NCBI GenBank assembly: GCA_028534125.1
Contig: CM052816.1
Span: 57,848,001-57,912,000, forward strand
Source of the DNA: Lama glama
Lineage: Eukaryota
Length of the DNA stretch: 64,000 bases
Direction: 5' to 3'
Below the pieces are notes generated by a model. The model was not told where the DNA came from, searched no databases, and worked only from the letters and a program-made list of their open reading frames with translations. Position numbers and translations under genes: made by a program. Below are positions 28,336 through 40,485 of this stretch, one piece after another. Position 1 is the stretch's first letter. Each line of letters opens with the position of its first letter.

Positions 28336-28949
28336 CCTTATTGCTAAGCTTACAGCAGCCAACAGCCAGAAGGGGGCAGCAGAAAGTCACCTGCTTCCCA
28401 TCTGTGGAGAAAGGGAGAAGCCTAAAGAAGGTGATTTCCTATCAGAAAAGACCTTCACCAAAACTGATCTCCGATAAGATGTTATTGAATCAGCAATCAA
28501 TATGCACATTACTCACAAAAAGAGAAGTCTGTTCTCAGGGGCTGGGAGCGTGACAGGAAAACATTTAAGCAGTTGAAATAGAAACTGAGGGACTGCTTCC
28601 AGTGATTTTAGCTCTGATACCTGTATTGCGCAAGAGCAGCTCAGAATGAATAAAGATGCTTAATGTTGTCAGCAGTCCCCACTATTTATTTATTTTTCCT
28701 AGCTATAGAAACTAAATAAGAGTTTCTGTTTGTGTAGCCTTTTGTGATATAGAAACAGACTGCTGTGGCCCTGCAGATTAGGTTAGAACGTAAACATTTT
28801 TCCAGATTTTAAAAATTATTTTTTGCTTCTGAAAAAAGAAATTACATACTTTTTTAACTTATAAAGGAAAAATCACTTGCAAATTAATGTGTTTCCTGCC
28901 AGGCTTTTTACTACGTCTTTGCATTTTATTTGTTTAAAACTGCTTAACA

Positions 28950-30477
28950 CTAACTCTCAGATTTCATATAAATTCAATGCAATTCTAACCAAAATCTAAG
29001 CAGAATTTTTTGTGGAACCTGAGAAGATGATCTTAAAGTTGAAATGAAAAAGTAAAGGGCCAAAAATAACTAAGACACTTTAAAGAAGACTAGGATAAAA
29101 TGATTGGTCTACCAGATAGACAACAAAAATTAATAGAAAGCTACAATAAATAGAAATGAGATGTTGGATTAGACTTAGACAGACAGGCTAGTGGAACAGA
29201 ATAGAACCCAGAAATGTATCTGCACACATGGAAACTTGAGATGTTTTATATAGCAAAGGAGAAAAATGGATTAATTAATGGTGCTTGGACAGTTGGACAA
29301 TTGATTATCTCCATGGGAAAAATTAATTTATAGCTCAAAACACAAGTACATACACATTTTTTTAGATTAAAAACTTAAGTGGAAAAAGCAAAGTATAAAG
29401 CTTTTATAAAGGAATATAGAATACTAATATTTGGATGACATTCTGAAGGATTTTTTGAATAAGACAAAAAAACTGATAAAAGATTTATATATTTGAATGC
29501 ATTAAAATCTTAATTCTGTATCACAAAAGATTGCATTAACAAATTAAAGGACAAGCCAAAGAGAAAGATTTTCAGTGCATGTAACTAGTGAAGATTAGTA
29601 TCTAGAATATGTCTATAGATAAGTAAGATAAGAAAATAATCCAATGGAGAAATGAATAGAGGATATGAACCAGCAATTCACAAAATGAAAAATCAGAATG
29701 GTCATAAATATGTGAAAAGATGCTCACTCATTAGTCATATTTAAGTTGCAGATTAAAATGCTATGTATTTTCACATTCATCAGATGCAAACATGAAGAGT
29801 TTTGACAGTAATAATTGTAGCAGAGTACAGGAGCAACAGGAACTGATTCACCACTAGTGAAAGTTGAAAGTTGTATAGCACCTTAAAGAGCAGGTTGACA
29901 AGATAAAGTAAAAGGATGGGCATGGTCTTCTACAAAGCATTTGACTCCTAGGAATATACCTTAAAGAAACTCTGGCATGCACAAGAACTAAATAAGAATA
30001 TTCATTGTAGCATTGTCCATGATAGTAAAAATCTGGAGGCAACTTCTATGTTCATCAACAAGGAAATAGAGTGGGATAGACTTGTATAAAGGAATAGCAT
30101 AATTCTCTCAAAAACCTAATGAGTTTTTTTTAAAGTATGTGATGAATCATACATATAATATGATACCATTTATGTAGTTTGAAAACATGTAAAGCAGTGC
30201 CATATACATAGTGTGTATATGGATACATGTATAAAGTGTATGAGTATAAAAACATGCCTAAGAATGATTAAGAAAAAAATTCAAGATCCTGTTTACCTGT
30301 GAAGGAGGACACTGGGGTAGAAATAGGATCAGAAGATGTATAAAGGGGGTCTTCCACTGTATCTGTAATACTTTGTTTCGTAAAAAAGAAGAAAGTCTGA
30401 AGTAAGTGTGACGAGATTTTAGAATTTGATGAAGGTAGGTAGTCAGATACATGAATGCTATATTCTCTATACATTTC
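28950..30477 (+). mobile_element. Old LINE-1 (L1MC/ME-like) ORF2 3' region and 3'UTR
   Basis: A-rich degenerate ORF2 motifs: ttcaatgcaattctaaccaaaat, gtggaacagaatagaacccagaaat, tgaaaagatgctcactcattag, ctcctaggaatatacc. Confidence 0.8.
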
Positions 30478-30614
30478 TTTTTTTTAACATTTTTTATTGA
30501 TTTATAATCATTTTACAATGTTGTGTCAAATTCCAGTGTTCAGCACAATTTTTCAGTCATTCATGGACATATACACACTCATTGTCACATTTTTTTCTCT
30601 GTGATTTATCATAA
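30478..30614 (-). mobile_element. Young lineage-specific L1 3' terminus, running into gap
   Basis: Poly-T then reverse complement of 31515-31652 with a single mismatch. Confidence 0.92.
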
Positions 30615-31114
30615 NNNNNNNNNNNNNNNNNNNNNNNNNNNNNNNNNNNNNNNNNNNNNNNNNNNNNNNNNNNNNNNNNNNNNNNNNNNNNNNNNNNNNN
30701 NNNNNNNNNNNNNNNNNNNNNNNNNNNNNNNNNNNNNNNNNNNNNNNNNNNNNNNNNNNNNNNNNNNNNNNNNNNNNNNNNNNNNNNNNNNNNNNNNNNN
30801 NNNNNNNNNNNNNNNNNNNNNNNNNNNNNNNNNNNNNNNNNNNNNNNNNNNNNNNNNNNNNNNNNNNNNNNNNNNNNNNNNNNNNNNNNNNNNNNNNNNN
30901 NNNNNNNNNNNNNNNNNNNNNNNNNNNNNNNNNNNNNNNNNNNNNNNNNNNNNNNNNNNNNNNNNNNNNNNNNNNNNNNNNNNNNNNNNNNNNNNNNNNN
31001 NNNNNNNNNNNNNNNNNNNNNNNNNNNNNNNNNNNNNNNNNNNNNNNNNNNNNNNNNNNNNNNNNNNNNNNNNNNNNNNNNNNNNNNNNNNNNNNNNNNN
31101 NNNNNNNNNNNNNN
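30615..31114. other. Assembly gap (500 N)
   Basis: Run of 500 N; identical size to second gap implies placeholder length. Confidence 1.
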
Positions 31115-31652
31115 ATGGAAACAGCCTAAATGTCCATCAACAGGTGACTGGATAAAAAAGATGTGGTATATTTATACGATGGAATACTACTCAGCCATAA
31201 AAACCGACAACATAATGCCATTTGCAGCAACATGGATGCTCCTGGAGAATGTCATTCTAAGTGAAGTAAGCCAGAAAGAGAAAGAAAAATACCATATGAG
31301 ATCGCTCATATGTGGAATCTAAAAAACAAAAACAAAAACAAAGAAGCAAACAAAAACAAAGCATAAATAAAGGACAGAAATAGACTCACAGACAGAGAAT
31401 AGACTTGTGGTTACCAGGGGAGTGGAGGGTGGGAAGGGATAGACTGGGATTTTAAAACTGTAGAATAGATAAATGAGATTACACTGTATAGCACAGGGAA
31501 ATAAACACAAAATGTTATGATAAATCACAGAGAAAAAAATGTGACAATGAGTGTGTATATGTCCATGAATGACTGAAAAATTGTGCTGAACACTGGAATT
31601 TGACACAACATTGTAAAATGACTATAAATCAATAAAAAATGTTAAAAAAAAA
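31115..31652 (+). mobile_element. Young lineage-specific L1: ORF2 C-terminus, 3'UTR and poly-A
   Basis: Reads WKQPKCPSTGDWIKKMWYIYTMEYYSAIK; AATAAA followed by A tail. Confidence 0.95.
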
Positions 31653-33984
31653 TGAGCTACTCTGAGCACTAAACTTGAATTCGGCATAGCAGGAATGTAG
31701 AAATGAAGACAACACGTTCTTCTCTTTCACCGCATGCTTTTGCCAGGGTAGTCTGGCAGCATTATTTTGTTGGGGGGCCCCCAGGAATGCATAGATCTTT
31801 CCTCCTACATTGGTCAGTTTCCTCAGAGAGGATTCCCCCAGTCTCCTGAGACGCATAGTAAGCCTTGCACCTCTAAAAATTCCAGAGTCCTTATGCTTCA
31901 ATCTCTGCAGAAAGAAAACCATCAGTATTCTAAGGTTGGAGAGAAACAATCTGGGAATTTCTTTACTTCTAATGAAAATCTCTAGTCAATCTTCTTGTTT
32001 CAGTTCTGCCCACATCTCTTCTTTGAGAATTACCTATTGCTTTTTACTCATATTATGAGCCTTTCTAGGGTCCTATGGTACAGCCTTGCCCAGATTTCTT
32101 CTCCTCCCAGCTTAAGTTGTAGCTTTCTCTTTCTGCTAAGAAGTTCATTACCTCTTGTTCACCTGTTTTCTAGCTTCCAAAATTTTGTTCCTGTTGTCTA
32201 CTTTCTTGTTCTCTTTATTTTGTGGATTTTTGTCTTTTTTTACCTTTTATTGTCATATTTGTAGAGGTGTTGGTAGGGAATGGAGTTAAGAACGTATGTT
32301 CAATCTACCATGTTTAATTAGAAGACTTATAAGCTGTTTGATCTCTCTATGGCTAATCAATGGATTATATAATCTAAAAGTAATGATGACAAAGAAAATG
32401 TACTTAAAACATTCCACTATATTTCAGCAATAATATTTTCTGTTTAAAAAAGAAGGAGGAAATATCTTGAGTAAGACATTTAACCTTTCTGGGTTTTAAT
32501 TTCAATAAATTATGAAACAAAAGGCTACAACTGTTTCTTAATAACCCTTTCAACTCTACTATTCTTCAAAAAGGCCAAAAAGAAATCAACAGTACTGTAT
32601 TTTGAACTATTTGTGCAACCTAAAATATTTTATTGAAAACAATTGTGTATCTACATTAAGAACATATCACATGGATGGTAATCTAAGTGTTAAGAGTATT
32701 CTTAAGACATGGTCCCTAAATATTACTTTTTTGTGTGTTTGGAGAAAAAAAGGAAAATCACACGTAATAGCATTATTCAGGATTACTCTGAGCAATGAAA
32801 GATAGTTAAATCAAGCTTGGCAAAATTCTCTCTTAGGAAAGTAGGAAATTATATAACACTAAAATAACTTCTTAAAGGGTAAAACTTCAGCCACATTCAT
32901 AGTACCTTGTCTGCTCTGATTTTTTTTTTAATGAAATGTTTTATTTATATTTTAAGGGTCAAGGGAATGGATCCCACAAGATTATGAAACCAACACAATA
33001 GGAATATCTAACCTACGTTGAAGCCCAGGAGAGCACCAAGGTTATATGACAACGTCCTGCTAGCTGATTTGCACAAAGCCTGGGAAACTGGGAACATACA
33101 TCACTCTACAGCCTAGTTTCCTGGGAAATACAATAACCACACCCACTTATTATCCTTAGGGCTGACACAAAGCTAAACATCTTTTCCCCCTTCCTGGAAC
33201 TCTATACATGGACTCCATTGCTTTACATGGAGGAATAGCCACAGTCTAACAAAGACAGAAAAATGTCAGAATTAATGTACTCAGTACCCTGTTAAAACAA
33301 GGAACAAAGATTCCTTCCTTTGCACACTGTGGAGAACCATTTGCATTACAGCCCAAGGTTGCACATAATAGCACCTCCTCCTCCAAAAAATATGTTCAAA
33401 CTTTTCATTCCTTGTAAATGCCACATGGGATGTGACATTACACACAGCCATGTCTTTAGGTACATTTTATTTTGTACCAATTCAAGGGATAAAAAAGACT
33501 CAAAAGGTTGAGTTAGTGAATTTAGGTCACTCAAAAATCAGGACTGTTGTTTGATTTACTTTAATGATCTTTTGCTTTCTGGTTAACCATTTCTTTTCTT
33601 CAGAGAAGTACCTGCTGCTGAGAAATGTGAATGTCATTTTTATTCACTGAATCAAAGAAATTCACAGGATTTAGTAGTTCTAAACGGAAGAGCTTGTCTT
33701 TCACATCTGAACTGTAACACATTTCTTGATACACATTAGATATGCCCATATACATCTGAAGTAAGAATGGCAGACGTGGACAGAGAGCTGAGAGCCTGCA
33801 TATCAAGTCACTACATACCTGGCCCTGATATAAATACTCATCAAGTAATATTACTTTACTGCTGCCCAATGCTCACACCTCACAAATCTTTTCTCCTAAC
33901 ACACTCAAGACGACAACACATACATGATGAATGTATTCAACAATAATAAAACTTGTACCCAACATTTTTTTGAACTCTTACATT

Positions 33985-34200
33985 ATTCCAGTGCTAACTG
34001 CTTTCTACAGATTACTTCATTTATGTATTAGAACAACCCTATATAAGGTACATATGTTATTATCCCCATTTTACAGATGAGGAACCTGAACATCAAAGGG
34101 TTAAATAACTTCCCCAAGGTCACACAGTTAATATGAAACAAGGTCAGGATTTAAGCCCAGATAATCTGACTCCAGAGTTCTTGACAACTGAGCATCCTGC
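33985..34200 (-). mobile_element. MIR SINE
   Basis: ttattatccccattttacagatgaggaacctga...ggttaaataacttccccaaggtcacacag...tctgactccagag. Confidence 0.85.
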
Positions 34201-36499
34201 CTGATACCATAATTAGGTGATTTAGGGGCAAAGTTCTTATTCACTTGATACCAATAATTGATGTTTCTTAAGGTCCCAATCAGGGAATCAACAACAGAAC
34301 AGGAGGTGCTGTTCAAATTAAGATGACTCTCTAGAAGGAGCATTTGGCTTGAAAATTTTGTCATCTCAGAAGTTAGAGATAAAATCATACGGTTTGAATT
34401 GTATTGAATGAAAGCTGTTGTCATTCCTCTCCTGATCCTGGAACATACAACATTATAAATAGATGTTCCGCAAGCACCTCAGCCCTAGCAACTCCACCAT
34501 TACTCAAACGAATAACAATCAAATGTCACCATTTGCAATTATATCCCTTCAATGACTATATGCATCTAATGATCTCACAGACATTTATATCCATGTATAC
34601 CTGATATATTCCATGTATTATGGAACTATGTGTATTATGGAATTATGTGTTTTATTCTCTTATAGGTTTATACATATATTCACATATAAGAAAATACTAT
34701 CAAGTGGAATAATATGCACTTTATAACTTAGAAGCAGAGCTACAGTCATTCTGAAAGTTTAAATACCTAAGGGTATAAATGAAATAATGAGTAAAATAAA
34801 ACTTCAGTGGGGGTGGTAGGTAGGAGAAAGGACCCATGCTAACTCAGTGGCAAGGTGTCCTATTCTAAGAATAATGTAGAGCTGGAACTGGACTCTCAAA
34901 GTATTCATTCAACCCTTTCACTTTTTTCATTATAAACAAAGTGAGCTTGGATGATTACACAAACTTGGCTAAGAGCTCTTTGACAATTTTATTGCATAAA
35001 TTATGTTAACTAAGCCTTCATGTATTGCCCTCTCTTTCTCCCAGCGACCCCAGTGCTAAGTCGTTTAGCACTGCAGTGGGCAGAACTGCAGAAATACATG
35101 GGTGAGGCAGAGTGGAAGGAGTTCAGAAAGAAGCCTTGCTGAGGAGAGGGAATTATTCCATGTGCTCCGGTTTTAGGCATTCACCTAAGAGACCTCCAGA
35201 TAGAGAGTCTGTTATAATGCTCATTTTCTCATAAAATGTCCACCAGTTCTGTACTCAGTGTCTCTATGCTGACTCACGCTATGCTATCTGACTTCAGGAA
35301 TAAGATGAAAACATGAGACTCCTTAAAGCCTAAAGCATTAATCTATTGATCACTAGAGGACATTATTATTCTTAAAAGATGCTCTGGTGTGTTCCTGTAC
35401 CGGACAGTCAGATATGCCACTCTTGGTAAGCTTAGGATTTAAGGAAGTCTGTAAGATAATTTCCTAAGGAAATATAAATGTAAGAGTAAGTACAGGAGAT
35501 GTCCAATTATGTGTTATTTATATACCACTGACAGGAAGGAAAATCACCCATAAGATATCCTAGGAACCTAAGCTTCAACTTTGATTCTCCACCTCCCACC
35601 CAGCTCTATTTGGGAAAGTCTTTTATTACTTTTGATATAGTTTCCAGTATTGTAAATTAGATTATCCTGAACAGCTCAAACAGACTATAAAACCAGAATG
35701 TAACCCTGCCTTTGAAGGTCCACAAATGCTTAGACTATTTTGTTCTCCTTACACCAAAATGACTGCAGACTTTCCTTGCCTTGGCTGTAAGTCTTCTTTC
35801 ACTATGGGCTACTAGGGAGAAACTGACCACTGCGCCTGCTACATTCACCCACAATTCTGAATCAACTGAGTCAACTGAATGGTAGCTCCACTACTCCCAC
35901 AGAGATTCATGTACATGGGTTTTATGGGTAGTCTGTTTCAGAAGACCAAAATTTAGAATTCCAGGAAGAAAAAATAAAAATTGGATTTTTGTGACACTCC
36001 AAACTTAGTAGTATTTCACCACTGTTATTATTTATTCAGTGTGGATTAGAGTGGTGGTACTGAAGAGAAGACATTTTAGAATTGGCTGTCTCTGCTGAGA
36101 TGGAATTTTGTGATTATTTACAGTAGTAGGATGCACTGCTTATCCATCCAAGGATTTGGTTTACAAGAAGGCCAAGACTAGGACAGTCCTTGACACCACA
36201 GCACTTAGAAGATCAAAAGTCCAAAACAAAGAGAGATGACATCAAAGAACTCTGGCCAGAGGAGCTGTGAGGAAAGCCCATGCACCTAAGTGAATGGAGC
36301 TGCTGTTTCAAAATGCACTAATGTCTAAGGTGTGATATATATACATGTTCTCTTGTTTCTAGAGGCTTAAAAGGCAAAGGTAAACAACAAATTTTGTGCT
36401 TTTGATGATCGAAGCTGAGTATGAACCATTCTGTCATCATGATTTCAATGACTAAAGACCTTACATGAAAATGAAGGTAATAAAAGAGCTTAGCTGTAG

Positions 36500-36790
36500 G
36501 TGACTACTGAACCTCCATCTTCAGACCAAATATCTCTCCCAGCTGAAGATCTATATATCTAACTGCCTCCCAGATATCTCTTTTAGACCTCATACTGGTT
36601 CTTCAAAAACACCATATTCAGAACTGAGCATATTATATCTACTCTGTCTTCCCATCTCGCTCAACCATGGTTTTTAAACTTTCTGTATTGTTGCTCTTCA
36701 ATGGTCTAAGACCTCTTAAGATCACTCAGATCACCAATCAGAAAACTCCACGCTCTGACTTCCACTATCAGATCTCCTGAACATCTGTTA
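36500..36790 (+). mobile_element. L2 fragment
   Basis: atctatatatctaactgcctcccagatatctc...cagaactgagc. Confidence 0.55.
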
Positions 36791-38824
36791 GCCTCTGTTC
36801 TACCCAATTTAAAAATCTAACTCATCTAGTAGCTTATTTACAAGCTTTCATTTGAAAACACTTTTTAAAAAAAATTGCAAGAAGCTATCATTTCTGATTT
36901 AGTAATTTTCATGCAAAATTAAGCATTATAGAAAAGGACACAGAAACAAAAATCACTTGAATTCTCACCACCCAGAATCAGTTTTCCATTGTTTCTTTAA
37001 TTTATCCTCCAGTCATCTGGATCATGATGTGCACATTTCACTAGTGTAAACAAAACTACAGTTAATTTTCTTACCTATGTACAAATTTCTCCTTAGAAAA
37101 AATTCTTTCCGAAAAGTACCAATTTAAGTTCCTACCAGTTTGCTGAAAATATCTGCTGCCGTGAGAATGGGTATTGGTAAATTTAAAATTTTCTTCAATA
37201 TGACAAGCAAAAAGCATTTCATTATGTTACTTATTTTCATATTCTCTTCACTAGTAAGGCTGAACATCTTTTCTTATGCCTACTGGCTATTTGCGTTCCT
37301 TGTTTCAGTTCTAGAAGGTAATCCTAGCCTTTAAAATTTTTTTCTACTGAATGCTTATCTTTCTATTATTGATAGTTTATAACTTATAATTTATTAAGGT
37401 TCTTAATAAACAAACGAATGTTGTAATGACCATTTCTCATTTTTACATCATTTTACCTAGATTAAGGTATTCTACCTATATTTTACTTTTAAAGTTGTTA
37501 TATGGGCACATCTGTTGTCTTTTATTAAGTGATTTTCAACATTTACATCATATTCAGAAAGGTCTCCATTTGTCAAGATTACAAAAAATTTGCCTATTGT
37601 ATTTTCACAGGCTTAGATGATTTTACTTTTTAAATTTAAATCTTTGATCACTCGCAATTTATCCTAATATAAAGATACAAGAATGTCTTAAAAACCTCTT
37701 CCCATTATGTATTTAAGTAATATATCTAGTCTTTCAGACACTGATTTTTGTTTTCCCTACTGTTTTATTTCTCCTTTCTATCTGCAGACTCATAATTTGA
37801 CAATAATCACCCAAACTTTTTGGCTACTGTATTCTGAGTCAAACAAGGCTTCATTTACAACATACATCATGGAGAGAAAAGTATATACTACGATATAATC
37901 AGAAAGGGAAGAAGGCTTCTCTTCCTTACACCTACATTTTAAAAAATCTGTTTTTCTTTTTGTGCTGAAAATAGTACAGAGATGAGTATCCACAGACAGA
38001 GAATGTGAAATCACTGCATAATAAAATATGTATCAGATATTAAAGAATCTAGTTTAACAGTCAAGTAGTCAAGATGTTGTTACAAGTAATTAGGTGGTTT
38101 AAAATATACATGGAATGCTGGGCTGTGTTTCCAAGGCAACAAAATGCCAAGTTTCATATTACCTTCTGCAATAATTAACTAAATCATTTACATTTAAGTG
38201 GCACCTTCCACATGGTTCCGAAGACTACTACACTGGTGTAATTATAATGCTGTTCAGGAAACTGTGATTTTAAAGAGTACCCACCTGCTACAGACTCACG
38301 GAAAAAAGAAAACTGAGAGTGTACTCCAGATGTTTGCTGTACTGCATTTTTGTACTAGATCATGAGAGTAGAATGGGAAAAAAAATTGAAATAAAATTGA
38401 AACTGAAATAAGCAGTAGCTCTGATACTAATACAGTATTCATAAGAAAGAACTGCTGCAATGCAATGTTTCTACCATGAAGCAAACCAGAGAGAGTAGTC
38501 ATAATTATCCATAACTTCCTGTCCATTGCCCATTACCCTGATTCCACCAGAAGCTTTAAGACAAGTGTAACATAGAGATTTCATCTGTAGGCCAATTCCA
38601 GTTCGTTGGTGATGGTCGTTATACTGCTACATTGGAAGGATTCTACGGCTGAGTCATGACAGCTGAAATAAGTCCAGGACCAAAGAGGAACATCTGCCAA
38701 GAGCAGACATCAGTTGTGGTAGGACAAATGTAAGTTACCTGCAATACTCGTAAACTCTTTCCAGCCAGCAGTTCAAACACATATACCCACATACACGATA
38801 AATGCTAACCTCTATTTGGGAAAA

Positions 38825-39050
38825 GTGGTATAGCATAATGGTTAAAAAATTGGGCCTTGACTTTCAGACCTGGGTTTGATTCTATTGCCAGCTACTTCCT
38901 AGCTATCTATGTTTTTAGGCAAGCTACTTAGCTTTTTCTGATCCTCAATTTTCTTATTTATAAAACGAGGGAAATAAAGCATATCCAATGAAAAGGTTAT
39001 ATGGAGACTCAATAAGCAACATACGATCATGTGGCCAGCATGCAAAGGAA
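38825..39050 (+). mobile_element. MIR SINE
   Basis: tggtatagcataatggttaa...cctgggtttgattct...ggcaagctactta...cctcaattttcttatttataaaa. Confidence 0.75.
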
Positions 39051-39436
39051 GGCTATTGCTGTCCCTGTCATCTCTATTCAATGACATTTTTGTGGTCTCT
39101 TGTAGCATCCTTCACCCCCACCCACATCCCCATAAACAAACCCAGAAAAAGTATTCCAAAGTTCAGCAACAACAGTGCAGCAAACAATAAACATTCTAGG
39201 CCACTTTTGGACTGCCACGGGAACTCCACTAGAGGATAACGAGTGTCGTATGAAAACCTCTGCACTACAGTCATGAACACCAGTAATGAGCCAATTCTCC
39301 ATAATGAATGGGGTGATAAAAGCAAGTAGATGAAGGAGAAGAGAGTTCTACCTTACTGATGGAAAGAAGAATAAACGCTTCATAGGAATTCTTCCAGAAA
39401 TAAGTGACAGTTCTTTATGCCTGCCTTTCATAATCT

Positions 39437-39607
39437 GTGTGATGGTGAATTTTATTTATCAACTAGATGGGCCATAGGATACCCAGATATTTGGTTAAAC
39501 AATATTCTGGTGTGTCTGGGAGAATGCTTCTGGATGAGATTAACATTTGAACCAGCAGACTGAGAAAAACAGATTGCTTCTCCAATGTGGACGGGTCTCA
39601 CCCAGTC
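39437..39607 (+). mobile_element. MLT2-type ERVL LTR, 5' part only
   Basis: tgtgatggtgaattttat...caactagatgggcca...acccagatatttggttaaaca...tctggatgagattaacatttgaa. Confidence 0.8.
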
Positions 39608-39629
39608 TTTTTTTTTTTTTTAAACTTTA

Positions 39630-40023
39630 ATGTATGAAGTACATATAGTGGAATATTGTTTAGCCCTAAAAATGAAGTATTGATACATGCTACAAATGGA
39701 TGAACTTCAAAAACATTATTCTAAGTGAAAGAAATCAGACACAAAAGGTCACATATTGTATGATTCCATTTATATGAACTGCCCAAAACAGATAAATCTA
39801 TAGAAACAGAATGTAGACTACAGTTGCCAGGGGCTGGGGAGAGGAGGTAATGAGGAATAATTGCTTAATGGGTATGGGGTTTCCTTTTGGGGTGCTGAAA
39901 ATATTTGGAAACCAGATAGAGGTAGTGGTTATTGTACAGCACTGTGAATGTACTTAATGCTACTGAATTGTTCACTTTAAAATGGTTACTTTTATGTTAC
40001 ATGAATTTCATTTTTTAAAAAAA
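39630..40023 (+). mobile_element. Old LINE-1 (L1MB-like) 3' end
   Basis: gatacatgctacaaatggatgaac...aaaggtcacatattgtatgattccattt...ttcactttaaaatggtt. Confidence 0.85.
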
Positions 40024-40027
40024 GGAG

Positions 40028-40485
40028 TGTGATGAGTTGATTTGCGTCCCCCCAAAAAGACATGTTGATTTCTAACCTCCTGTACCTGTGAATGTGACCT
40101 TATTTGGAAACAGGGTCTTTGCAGATGTAATCAAGTTAAGATGATGTCATTATAAGAGCTCTAACCCAATACAACGGGTGTCCTTGGGTGAAGAGGAAAA
40201 GACACACATGCACACACATAGGGAAGGAGAATGCCACGCAATGACAAAGGCAGAGATCGGAATGATACATCTACATGCCAAGAAACACCAGAGATTGCTG
40301 GCAACACCAGAAGCTAAGAGGAAGGCATGGAACAGATTCTCCCTTAGAACCTTTAGAGAGAGCATGGCCCTACTAACAGCTTGATTTCACACTTCCAGCT
40401 AGAATTGTGAAAGAATAAATTTCCACTGTTTTAAGCAACCTAGTTTGTCGTAATTTGTTACAGCAGTCCTATGAAACTAATTACG
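40028..40485 (+). mobile_element. MLT1C-like MaLR solo LTR
   Basis: tgtgatgagttgatttgcgtccccccaaaa...gtgaccttatttggaaacagggtctttgcagatgtaatcaagttaag...ttgttacagcagtcctatgaaactaa. Confidence 0.85.

Noticed and set aside
28168..28553. ORFs with YIYIYI repeats
   Set aside because: Translation of the (AT)n microsatellite
30523..31155. 210-aa ORF and apparent hairpin around gap 1
   Set aside because: ORF is mostly N; the inverted repeat is two separate L1 3' ends juxtaposed by scaffolding
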